From: a virus
Taxonomy: Duplodnaviria > Caudoviricetes
DNA: 55,010 nucleotides
Direction: 5' to 3' (one strand)
IMG/VR virus record: IMGVR_UViG_3300042466_000463
Span: 1-55,010 of that record
Below the pieces are notes generated by a model. It was not told where the DNA came from, searched no databases, and was given only the letters and a program-made list of their open reading frames with translations. This document shows positions 7,818-15,889 of this stretch, piece after piece. A program made the translations under genes and the position numbers. Every line of letters starts with the position of its first letter. Positions within the stretch are counted from its first letter, which is position 1.

Positions 7818-8243
7818 TTAATTGTTACATAATTCGGCAAAGGTTAGACGCTTATTTGCAGCGTCTTTATATGCTTGTTTTATAGCACTAATCTTAGGTA
7901 AATTTTGCATATCTAACCCTTCAACTTCGGGCGCAAATTGTACCCGAATAGCTTTAAAGATAGCTTTTGCCGTGCTTACTGAATCGCTTTTCATTATTTC
8001 GCTACCTTCAACAAGTACCGACCCCGATTCGTTTGTAACGCTCATAGCCCACTCAATAGGTTGACCCTTTGCGATACCCTTAAACATACTACCAACTAAT
8101 TGGCTAAATAAAGGAGTGAGCCCTTTGCCCCATGTGTCCGCATCGTTTACTGAAATTTCTGCGTGTCTAGTTAAGCCTGAAAAATTTGCACCTTTAAGAT
8201 TAACAAATGGTGCTGCATCGATTGTGAAATTTACTTTTGTCAT
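7818..8243 (-). CDS. Hypothetical protein, first gene of the leftward unit
   Basis: 141-aa ORF between the repeat region and the structured element. Confidence 0.75.
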   Translation of the reverse strand: MTKVNFTIDAAPFVNLKGANFSGLTRHAEISVNDADTWGKGLTPLFSQLVGSMFKGIAKGQPIEWAMSVTNESGSVLVEGSEIMKSDSVSTAKAIFKAIRVQFAPEVEGLDMQNLPKISAIKQAYKDAANKRLTFAELCNN

Positions 8244-8329
8244 AAAACATAATTTTTGTGCTCGTTAAAATTTTTGAGCGGTGAATGAATAGGGGCGCAA
8301 TGTACGTCGGGCAATAAATATAAGTCAAG

Positions 8330-8560
8330 GTTATTATGATGAGCGGTAAAAAAGACATGATGAGCGGTAAAAATATTTTAATAGAAGGTAAAAATTGCAT
8401 GGCAAAGTAAAAAAATAAGGTAGTAATATAATGATGAAATAAGGGTATAAAATGGAGCGAATAAAGTAACAATATAAGGGTATAAAGTAGCTGCAAAAAA
8501 TAGGGGTATAAAGTGGTAAGTATAAGGGTATGAAATTGGGGTATATGTGTAGGGGTTAGA
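8330..8560 (+). repeat. Iteron-like direct repeats in a purine-skewed non-coding tract
   Basis: atgatgagcggtaaaaa at 8336 and 8357; ggtaaaaa at 8345, 8366 and 8387 (21-nt period); gggtat cores at 8443, 8478, 8504, 8526 and 8539. Confidence 0.8.
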
Positions 8561-9196
8561 CGCGGTAACGCAGCCAACAATTTACCAGTTGAAATGCTAA
8601 AAAAATTAGTAAAGTTTACCCAAAATTGTTAGTACTAAAAAATTTAGCAGCCATACTAAAAAAACTGGCTAATTTCGTATGAAATAAAATTACCATATAT
8701 AAAGAAACGCCATCAAATTACAAAAAATTCGTATGTGTAGGGTACACGGGTAGCGAAACGCAATTACCCGAGGGGATAGCCTGGGCCGGTGTAAAAAGTT
8801 AACCCCACTCGGTCATACATTTCACATTTTTTCAACAACCAAAATCGCCCATATTTTACATTTTAGGGGGTACTCTATTTTACGAAATCTGTAACAAAAT
8901 TTGCCAAAATACGTAACAAAACAGGTCCAAATTCGGAAGTGATACTACCAATTATGTACAAGAATACGTACAATGTTTGCTATTTAGCAATACTCCGCAA
9001 TGAAATGAAACAGTTAAATAGGGTCATACTAGAAACCTATATCTTTTTGAGGTCATTTTAGAGCTTAAATTAGGTACTGTTTTAAGTCTCTATTTATTAG
9101 AAAAGTAACTATTAATATACATTAAGAAGGAAATGTTATAACTCATTGATTATTAACACTAGTATAGAAAAATTTTTTTCTTTAAAAGAAAGAATT

Positions 9197-9204
9197 TACG
9201 TTTG
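9197..9204 (+). promoter_or_regulatory. Bacteroidota sigma-A -7 element
   Basis: TACGTTTG ends 5 nt before the RepL-like ATG. Confidence 0.6.
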
Positions 9205-9209
9205 TAGAT

Positions 9210-9683
9210 ATGAAACAGAAAGAATACCTACAAAATCCATTTAAGCCTACAGGCATAGAGTTGAAAGAGTATATGACCTCAGATAGTGAGACAATAACGA
9301 TTGACCCTAACACAGGAGAACTCTACTCTATGAAGAAGCTTCCTAAAAATAAAAAGGTGCTTCACGATTCAAAGATATATATAAAACTGTTTCAGGACAA
9401 ATCAGACGTCTTGATGAATCTTCCATACCAAAGCATGAGAATCTTCTTTTACATATGCTCTAGAGTACGACCCATGAGAGACTATGTATTTCTCAATAAA
9501 GATGATATTACGGCTGTTTTAGGTAATATGTCTGAGCCAACATTCAGACTTGCTATTAATGGTCTTATTGAGGCTAATGTGGTTGCTAGGAAGATGGGTT
9601 CAAGTTTAGAGTATTGGTTGAATCCTGATATCATGTTTAATGGAAGTAGACTCAAGCTAGTGGAAAATCACAAAATGATTTAA
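9210..9683 (+). CDS. repL: RepL-like winged-HTH replication/regulatory protein
   Basis: HTH region followed by YWLNPDIMFNG, matching the RepL-family Y..NP..F.G end; crAss-like phages carry RepL near the terminase. Confidence 0.65.
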   Translation: MKQKEYLQNPFKPTGIELKEYMTSDSETITIDPNTGELYSMKKLPKNKKVLHDSKIYIKLFQDKSDVLMNLPYQSMRIFFYICSRVRPMRDYVFLNKDDITAVLGNMSEPTFRLAINGLIEANVVARKMGSSLEYWLNPDIMFNGSRLKLVENHKMI

Positions 9684-9714
9684 AGCATATCTTTGCATAC
9701 AGAATAAAGTAAAA

Positions 9715-9885
9715 ATGAAAAGTACTGTAAACAAAGCCGGCAACTATACTAAGCCAACTATGAGAAAAGGCTTGTTTGAGAAAATCAAAGCAGGTACTAA
9801 AGGCGGTAACGCTGGAGAGTGGTCTGCAAGAAAAGCTCAAATGTTAGCAAAGGAGTATAAAGCTAAGGGAGGAGGATATAAATAG
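9715..9885 (+). CDS. 56-aa basic protein, DUF5872-like N-terminal half (not in ORF track)
   Basis: ...GGNAGEWSARKAQMLAKEYKAKGGGYK; TATCTTTG promoter at 9688-9695. Confidence 0.75.
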   Translation: MKSTVNKAGNYTKPTMRKGLFEKIKAGTKGGNAGEWSARKAQMLAKEYKAKGGGYK

Positions 9886-9886
9886 T

Positions 9887-10129
9887 ATGGCAAAGAAGGA
9901 AACGCAACAAAGTTTAGATAGGTGGACTAATCAGAAATGGACTACAGCGTCAGGAAAGCCATCTAGCAAAACAGGAGAGGTCTATGCTCCGGCAAAGACA
10001 ATATCAAAGTTGAAGAGTACTGATGAAGGTAGAAGGAAACTTGCAGCAGCCAATGCTACAAAAAGAGCAGCAACTAAAGCAGGTAAGCAATTCGCGAATC
10101 ACGGATTACATAAAGGTAAAAAAAGATAA
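9887..10129 (+). CDS. Basic protein, DUF5872-like C-terminal half
   Basis: SLDRWTNQKWTTASGKPS..TGEVYAP motif. Confidence 0.7.
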   Translation: MAKKETQQSLDRWTNQKWTTASGKPSSKTGEVYAPAKTISKLKSTDEGRRKLAAANATKRAATKAGKQFANHGLHKGKKR

Positions 10130-10130
10130 C

Positions 10131-10439
10131 ATGCAAGAAAAAGAAAAAAGACCTAACAACAGAAAAGTTGGCGAAACAGGTAAGGCTAGTATGGCTAGCA
10201 AGTTTGAAGAAGCTATGCAGAAGGAAAGAGATACCGTACTGAATAGAGCTAAAAAAAGAGAAGCAGCAGAAAAAGCTAAAACTCCTAGCGTAAACATTAA
10301 TAGAGTAACTGAGATTCTTAAAAAGAAAGGAGCAGCTCTAAAATCTGCACCTATGAAAGAAGCGATAAAAAAGTCAATAAAAGAAGGTAACTCTGAAAAC
10401 TCTATGATGAAAGCTTTAATTAACAGATTTAAAAGCTAG
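10131..10439 (+). CDS. Lys-rich hypothetical protein (likely start MQEKE)
   Basis: ATG 1 nt after the upstream stop; basic composition. Confidence 0.6.
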   Translation: MQEKEKRPNNRKVGETGKASMASKFEEAMQKERDTVLNRAKKREAAEKAKTPSVNINRVTEILKKKGAALKSAPMKEAIKKSIKEGNSENSMMKALINRFKS

Positions 10440-10442
10440 TAA

Positions 10443-11498
10443 ATGGCAGACACTAACCCTAAACCAAGTCCTAGACCATCGTTATTAAGACAGCTTTTTG
10501 AAGGTGGAGCATTCGTACCTTCGCCAGGCGGCCTTTATACTACCATTAAAAAAATGGGAAAGCAGATTACAAGCAATATAGCTAGTAATATAGAGCCAAG
10601 GGGATATACTGACGGAAGGTCTACAGCTAAGAGTCAAACTATGCAAGACATAGAGAATACTATAAGGTCAGCAAAAAAGTTTACTAAGGCAGGTATATTA
10701 AACGAAGTGAGTCCGTATAGAATGGCTACAGATGAGCTTATAAAAAATAGCGAAGGTTCTACCGACCCATTTGTCAATAGTATTGCAGGGGAAGCTAAAG
10801 AAAGAGTAGACCTAGTTAATATGTGGGCAGGTAAGCCTCAGAAATATGGAACTGTTTTTAAATCAGAATACAAGCCAACTATAGGCGCAGAAGAGGGGAT
10901 ACAATACTATAAGCTCCCAGGTGTTGAAAAGGAATTATTTTCAAACATAATGCGAAACGGTATAATGGAAGGTAAGTTTAATCAGCCAGTAAAAACAAAG
11001 CAAGATTTAGAAAATGCACTAGGGATTGCAAAATCAGGTATTTTCACGGAAGTTAAAGATGACTCAGGTAAAAGAGTTGGATACATGGGTACTATACGTT
11101 CTTTAGGAGAAGGTACTGTTAGTGTAGGAGAAGACGAAAAGGGTCCTTACATAAGTTATTATGATAAATGGGATATAAATCCTTTAGCAGGAGCTTCATC
11201 TGCAATGCCAAGTTGGGTTCCTGATATTATTACTAAAGGAATCGACAAGGTAGTTACAGGTGTTCCGGAGAAAATGGGAATCACAAGTGCTCCAAGAGTA
11301 TATGGAAGAATATACTTTGATAGAAAAACAGGAAAGCCTATTGGTAAAGAGTTTGAAGATATTTTCAACAAACTAAAATCTGAATCTCAAGGCGTTGAAC
11401 AACCTGTAGAGGAAGGGAAAAAGAGCTCTGGTTCTACTGGTAGTTTTTCCGGATTGATTAAGAAGGGTTCTCCTAGCTCTGTAGGAAAGAAAAAATAA
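10443..11498 (+). CDS. Hypothetical (possibly virion) protein
   Basis: 351 aa with a GPYISYYDKWDINP motif. Confidence 0.7.
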   Translation: MADTNPKPSPRPSLLRQLFEGGAFVPSPGGLYTTIKKMGKQITSNIASNIEPRGYTDGRSTAKSQTMQDIENTIRSAKKFTKAGILNEVSPYRMATDELIKNSEGSTDPFVNSIAGEAKERVDLVNMWAGKPQKYGTVFKSEYKPTIGAEEGIQYYKLPGVEKELFSNIMRNGIMEGKFNQPVKTKQDLENALGIAKSGIFTEVKDDSGKRVGYMGTIRSLGEGTVSVGEDEKGPYISYYDKWDINPLAGASSAMPSWVPDIITKGIDKVVTGVPEKMGITSAPRVYGRIYFDRKTGKPIGKEFEDIFNKLKSESQGVEQPVEEGKKSSGSTGSFSGLIKKGSPSSVGKKK

Positions 11499-11666
11499 GT
11501 ACAGTGTATGAGCTGGCCATATGAAGCAGAATACTAGGACATTTATTTCATTATAAGTTAGTCCTGTTAGTTCTCCGATATAATTCATTATATCAACACA
11601 TATCCAGAATAGTTCATCTACTGTTTCTTGTTGGAAAGGAAGGAATCCTACGATTTCTTGTGACAT
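11373..11666 (-). CDS. Small membrane protein inverted within the late block
   Basis: CVDIM...TGLTYNEINVLVFCFIWP pattern; AT-rich leader; 3' end overlaps the convergent gene. Confidence 0.6.
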   Translation of the reverse strand: MSQEIVGFLPFQQETVDELFWICVDIMNYIGELTGLTYNEINVLVFCFIWPAHTLYLFFLSYRARRTLLNQSGKTTSRTRALFPFLYRLFNALRFRF

Positions 11667-11766
11667 TGTAAATAGTTTTTAGTTTTATAAATAGCTTATA
11701 GAACAATATTAAAGAATGAATTTGAAATAAATAGTAATTTTAATAAACTTTAACAAACTTTAACAA

Positions 11767-11889
11767 ATGGCGAAGGTAAAAGGCGATAGCGTAAAAACGA
11801 ATTTTGGTAAGAGAAAGGGAGGTTCTGCAAAGAAATCCTATAATAAACATTCACCTAAGCCAAAGCAATATAGGGGACAAGGAAGATGA
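11767..11889 (+). CDS. 40-aa basic protein ending YRGQGR (not in ORF track)
   Basis: MAKVKGDSVKTNFGKRKGGSAKKSYNKHSPKPKQYRGQGR; ATGA overlap with the next gene. Confidence 0.75.
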   Translation: MAKVKGDSVKTNFGKRKGGSAKKSYNKHSPKPKQYRGQGR

Positions 11890-12212
11890 TAAACCTAGAT
11901 AGACTAACTAAACTAAAGAAGAGGTACGGATTCACTGAATTCAACAAACCCAAGCCATCTGACGATAGTACACATAAGAGAATGGTACTAGCTAAAGAAG
12001 GTGACAAGGTTAAACTTGTTAGATATGGTGCTAAAGGATATTCTTCAAACTATTCAGACGAAGCTAGACAACAATATAGAAAGCGCCACGCTAAAGAAGC
12101 TAACTCATCAAAGTTAACAGCAGGTTGGTGGGCATTCCATGACCTATGGTCTAAAGGCTCTAAAGTTTATAGAGACGGCAAAACTTCTGGTAAAGGAGAG
12201 CGTTTCAAGTAA
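11886..12212 (+). CDS. Basic protein, DUF5754-like
   Basis: KLVRYGAKGY...R..YRKRH...TAGWWA..LW pattern. Confidence 0.65.
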   Translation: MINLDRLTKLKKRYGFTEFNKPKPSDDSTHKRMVLAKEGDKVKLVRYGAKGYSSNYSDEARQQYRKRHAKEANSSKLTAGWWAFHDLWSKGSKVYRDGKTSGKGERFK

Positions 12213-12243
12213 ATATATTCATATCTTTGCTATAAATCAAAGT

Positions 12244-12543
12244 ATGAAGCAAGATAAATTAAACGAGGCTGTTATTGCCTCTATAGAGTATATGCTTAAG
12301 CCATACGGTATCAGCATGTTACATATCTCACAAAATCCAATAATAGAAGGTAAGCATTGGTTTCATTATTATACATTCAAATCCAAAGAGCAGTTCGAGG
12401 ATTGGAGAGAGCAAACTATTGCCATATTCAGAAAGCACGCCAAAGTATCAAAATCAGCAGCAAAGAAATATTTTAACCAATTAAACATGCAATATGGACT
12501 CAAAGAAGATTACTCTACAGAGCCTGAAACCACTGAGGGGTAA
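12244..12543 (+). CDS. Hypothetical protein (likely start MKQDK)
   Basis: TATCTTTG promoter at 12222-12229 precedes ATG 12244. Confidence 0.65.
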   Translation: MKQDKLNEAVIASIEYMLKPYGISMLHISQNPIIEGKHWFHYYTFKSKEQFEDWREQTIAIFRKHAKVSKSAAKKYFNQLNMQYGLKEDYSTEPETTEG

Positions 12544-13117
12544 GGTACTCGTAGGTGTCAACTACGATGAGAAGAAGGAACATAAACTAGCAGATGGAAC
12601 ATCTATTCAAGTTGAACGTCAGTTTGACTGGGATGGTAAGATGTCTCAAAACACATTCGGAATCATTATGCATGATTATGAGAATGTAAAGAGCGGAACT
12701 ATGATTGTCATAAATCACAACGCTTGTATCAAAGAAACTTGCCTTCCTGTTAAATACGGGAAGTATGATATATACTCTATTGATGCGGCTCAAGTATACG
12801 CATATGTAATAGACGGAGTGCCACATCCTTTTGATGGATACTTCTTAGTAGACAGGCTAGAAGAGGTAAAAGAAAAATCTGTTATCTATACCGAACATAC
12901 CGAGAAAAAACATATTCATAATAAGTTCCTGGTTAAAGAGATAGGTGTTAACGAAGATATCAAAGAAGGAGATATAGCCGTCTGTTATACAATGTCTGAT
13001 TATGAACTTCCGTATAACAATAACGGAAGATTAGAGTATCTAATAAGAGTAAAGGTTAGAGATGTTGTAGCAATAGAGAATTTTGATAAAACAAAGTATG
13101 CAATCTATGAAAAGTGA
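12494..13117 (+). CDS. Tandem GroES-like co-chaperonin-fold protein
   Basis: LKPLRGKVLV resembles the GroES N-terminus; second unit HPFDGYFLV...IKEGDIAV; position upstream of the terminase. Confidence 0.65.
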   Translation: MDSKKITLQSLKPLRGKVLVGVNYDEKKEHKLADGTSIQVERQFDWDGKMSQNTFGIIMHDYENVKSGTMIVINHNACIKETCLPVKYGKYDIYSIDAAQVYAYVIDGVPHPFDGYFLVDRLEEVKEKSVIYTEHTEKKHIHNKFLVKEIGVNEDIKEGDIAVCYTMSDYELPYNNNGRLEYLIRVKVRDVVAIENFDKTKYAIYEK

Positions 13118-13415
13118 TAAGGATAGTTTAAAAGAGATAATAGAGATTATAGAAAAAGACCACATCATTGGTTCTTACTATCAGCTTCAAAAGAAGCTAA
13201 TGGAGATTAATAAGCTATTAGACGTAACTGACTTATCTCAAATAAACCTAGATAACAAAGATGATGGAACATGGGAAAGAATCATGAAGCTGTTTAGCTC
13301 AATAGGTGACATTAACGATGTTCTAAAAAAACTAAGAATAGATAATGGACTTACAGGAAACAAAGAAGAAGACATCAAAAAAAGCAAATCCATCATCGAA
13401 AGATTTGCTCAATAG
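13107..13415 (+). CDS. Helical protein, candidate terminase small subunit
   Basis: Position upstream of TerL; helical pattern; ends SIIERFAQ. Confidence 0.45.
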   Translation: MKSDKDSLKEIIEIIEKDHIIGSYYQLQKKLMEINKLLDVTDLSQINLDNKDDGTWERIMKLFSSIGDINDVLKKLRIDNGLTGNKEEDIKKSKSIIERFAQ

Positions 13416-13863
13416 ATTAGAGCACTTTAAAGCTAAATCTTCTGAACTTTCTAAAAAGTTAAGTCTATTGAAACTAGACCAAAAGAGGTTAGTGGAAAGG
13501 AGTGCAGGATACAGGAAGGAGGCTAGGATAAAGAAATTCGCTCCTATTAATGTTACGCATGACGCAAAGACTATTTCTAGGTATATGCTGTTTACTCGTA
13601 ACTTAGAGAAAGCAACGGGTGTAAGCATATATAACATGGGAATATTAATATGGGCATCTTGCTATGAGAGATTCTGTTATTCAGATTATATGAAAGACGG
13701 AATAGCTAATAGCAATTCTTATTTTATATTTATCAGATACGCTATGGAGAATAATTACATCGGAAAACATAAGAATATAGAGAACGCTAAAACATACTTT
13801 ATAACACCTCTTGGTACAAAGACAGCAAACTCTTTTATTAAGTATATGAAAAAGAACGTATGA
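13345..13863 (+). CDS. Putative winged-helix DNA-binding protein (start uncertain)
   Basis: C-terminal YFITPLG wing motif; ATGA overlap with terL. Confidence 0.55.
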   Translation: MDLQETKKKTSKKANPSSKDLLNRLEHFKAKSSELSKKLSLLKLDQKRLVERSAGYRKEARIKKFAPINVTHDAKTISRYMLFTRNLEKATGVSIYNMGILIWASCYERFCYSDYMKDGIANSNSYFIFIRYAMENNYIGKHKNIENAKTYFITPLGTKTANSFIKYMKKNV

Positions 13864-15869
13864 TAGAAGAGATATATGGCATAAAATACGAACTACCTGA
13901 AAAGCCTAAACTAATAGAAATAGGTAACAGCGAATTGGATAAAGAGGACCAATACTTCAGGCTAACACAACTACCCGACTATTTAAGAGATGTAGAATTT
14001 GATGATAATGGTAACGCCATATATAACGAACAACAAGAGGGGTTTATTGTAAAGGAAATCAAAAGAATAAATGAGGGTTATTGGTTTTTTAATTACGGTG
14101 AGCCAACATACATAACAGGACTTCATTATTTCTACTTAAACTATTGGACACTAGAAGATGGAAGTAAGCCGGATTATAGAGAGGTAGATAGAAGATGGTT
14201 TTACTATCAAGACCACTGCGAAACATTAAATCACTGCTTTGGCATTGTCAGAATAAAGAAGCGTAGAGAGGGTGCCACATCACAGGCTACATGTTATCTT
14301 GTATGGAAATCAATTACCAAGAAGAAATCATTTTGTGGTATAGTTTCTAAAACAGGTAAAGATGCGAGCGACGCATTTATCTACATGGTAATGAACGGAT
14401 ACAGGAGCCTTCCTGTTTATCTTAAACCAAGAGCAGAAGATGAAGACACAAAGACCGAACTTGTATTTAGGGAAAAGAAAAGCAGAAAGATAAAAGTAAG
14501 AGAGAAGGGTCAAATGTTTGATGATGACATTGGTATTGAATCAAAAATAAATTGGAAGAATACCGCACTTAACTCTTATGACTCTGGAAGGGTAACCGCT
14601 CTACTAGTAGATGAGGGTGGTAAGTATCCTGCAGAGGTTCCTATCAATCAGTATTGGCCTATCGTTAAGAAGACCCTAGGGAAGGGTGCGTTTAGAGTAG
14701 GTTTCTGTTTGATGCCATCTACTGCCAACGATTCTAAATCAGGTGGTGAGCCATATAAGAAATTATTTGACGAATCTAATCACTTTGAAAATGAATATAC
14801 GGCTACGGGTCTTTATAGATACTTCTGTCCTGCTTATGATGGGTACGAAGGTTTTATAGATAGGTACGGCAAATCAATAATAGAAAATCCTACACCTGAG
14901 CAAAAAAAGTACATCAAGGAAAAGCTAGGCATGAATATAGATTGCGGAGCTAAAGATTTCTTAATGAGACAAAGGTCATTAATATCTGACCCTACATTAT
15001 TAGCGGAAGAGATAAGAATGAATCCATTCACAGAAGAAGAGGCATTCATGATTGACCAAAAGAGATGCTACTTTAACTCCGAGAAGATATATAATCAAAT
15101 AGAAAGAATAGAACAGGATAGAGTTATTCCAAGAAGAATAAGGTTATACTGGAAGTCAGAAGGAGTTGTGGATTGGTCAGATGATAAAGAAGGAATGTGG
15201 TCTGTTTACGAGATACCTGAAAAGGAACTTCAAAATAAGAAACTAGACGACAGGAAGATTCCGGCAAACACGCACATATTCTGTAATGGTATTGACCCGT
15301 ATCGTTCTACGATAATATCAGGAAAGGGGTCTATGGCAGCAGCTTATGTATTTAAGAGATTAGACCCAAATGACCCAGAGAATACCGGAATGGCTGTTGC
15401 AGAATTCTATGGTAGACCGAGACAAAAGTCAATGCTACATGAGGAAATGTTAAAGGCATGTGTTCTATGGGGAATGAAAGCGAATTATGAGAATGACGTA
15501 GGTGATGACTATGTTGACTATTTCAGGGATAGAGGATACTCTGAGTATCTATCTAAAACCCCACAAGCTGCGATAGACAGGAACAAGAAGAGGACAGGAA
15601 ATGTAACATACGGAGTAGCTTCTAGGGACCCGTTTGCCTTGGCTAGGCAATTAGAGACGTGTATCAACTACATTGAAACTCATTGCCATAAGATATTTTA
15701 CAGGGAATTGCTAGAGGAATTATTGAACTATGACCACGAGAATAGAACGCCTTTCGATAAGACTGTTGCTTTTATGATTTCCTTACTAGCAGGGGTTTCT
15801 ATAGAAATGAGAAAAGAAGAGATTAAGGTTCGCAAAGTGCCTATAAAATCTTATAAACTAAACCTTTAA
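13860..15869 (+). CDS. terL: Terminase large subunit
   Basis: YITGLHYFYLNY, Walker A-like KKRREGAT, Walker B LLVDEGGK, STAN, nuclease GIDPY, C-terminal FDKTVA. Confidence 0.9.
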   Translation: MIEEIYGIKYELPEKPKLIEIGNSELDKEDQYFRLTQLPDYLRDVEFDDNGNAIYNEQQEGFIVKEIKRINEGYWFFNYGEPTYITGLHYFYLNYWTLEDGSKPDYREVDRRWFYYQDHCETLNHCFGIVRIKKRREGATSQATCYLVWKSITKKKSFCGIVSKTGKDASDAFIYMVMNGYRSLPVYLKPRAEDEDTKTELVFREKKSRKIKVREKGQMFDDDIGIESKINWKNTALNSYDSGRVTALLVDEGGKYPAEVPINQYWPIVKKTLGKGAFRVGFCLMPSTANDSKSGGEPYKKLFDESNHFENEYTATGLYRYFCPAYDGYEGFIDRYGKSIIENPTPEQKKYIKEKLGMNIDCGAKDFLMRQRSLISDPTLLAEEIRMNPFTEEEAFMIDQKRCYFNSEKIYNQIERIEQDRVIPRRIRLYWKSEGVVDWSDDKEGMWSVYEIPEKELQNKKLDDRKIPANTHIFCNGIDPYRSTIISGKGSMAAAYVFKRLDPNDPENTGMAVAEFYGRPRQKSMLHEEMLKACVLWGMKANYENDVGDDYVDYFRDRGYSEYLSKTPQAAIDRNKKRTGNVTYGVASRDPFALARQLETCINYIETHCHKIFYRELLEELLNYDHENRTPFDKTVAFMISLLAGVSIEMRKEEIKVRKVPIKSYKLNL

Positions 15870-15889
15870 CTTTGCACAAATACATTTTA

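Larger units (their letters stand above)
8244..9209. other. Divergent intergenic region: candidate replication origin and/or genome terminus
   Basis: About 1 kb with no credible gene, at the strand switch; contains repeats, A-tracts and GC-rich hairpins (8731-8818); adjacent to the RepL-like gene. Confidence 0.55.

Noticed and set aside
8336-8560. Possible CRISPR or mini-array
   Set aside because: Repeats are short, degenerate and irregularly spaced with no unique 30-40-nt spacers; no cas genes
8200-8580. 126-aa Leu/Ile/Phe-rich ORF on the minus strand
   Set aside because: Its composition simply mirrors the purine-skewed repeat tract, and it overlaps the real 141-aa gene start
13345-13415. 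Programmed frameshift at the A7 run joining the two ORFs upstream of terL
   Set aside because: Joining needs +1/-2 rather than the usual -1; an independent ATG or TTG start explains the overlap
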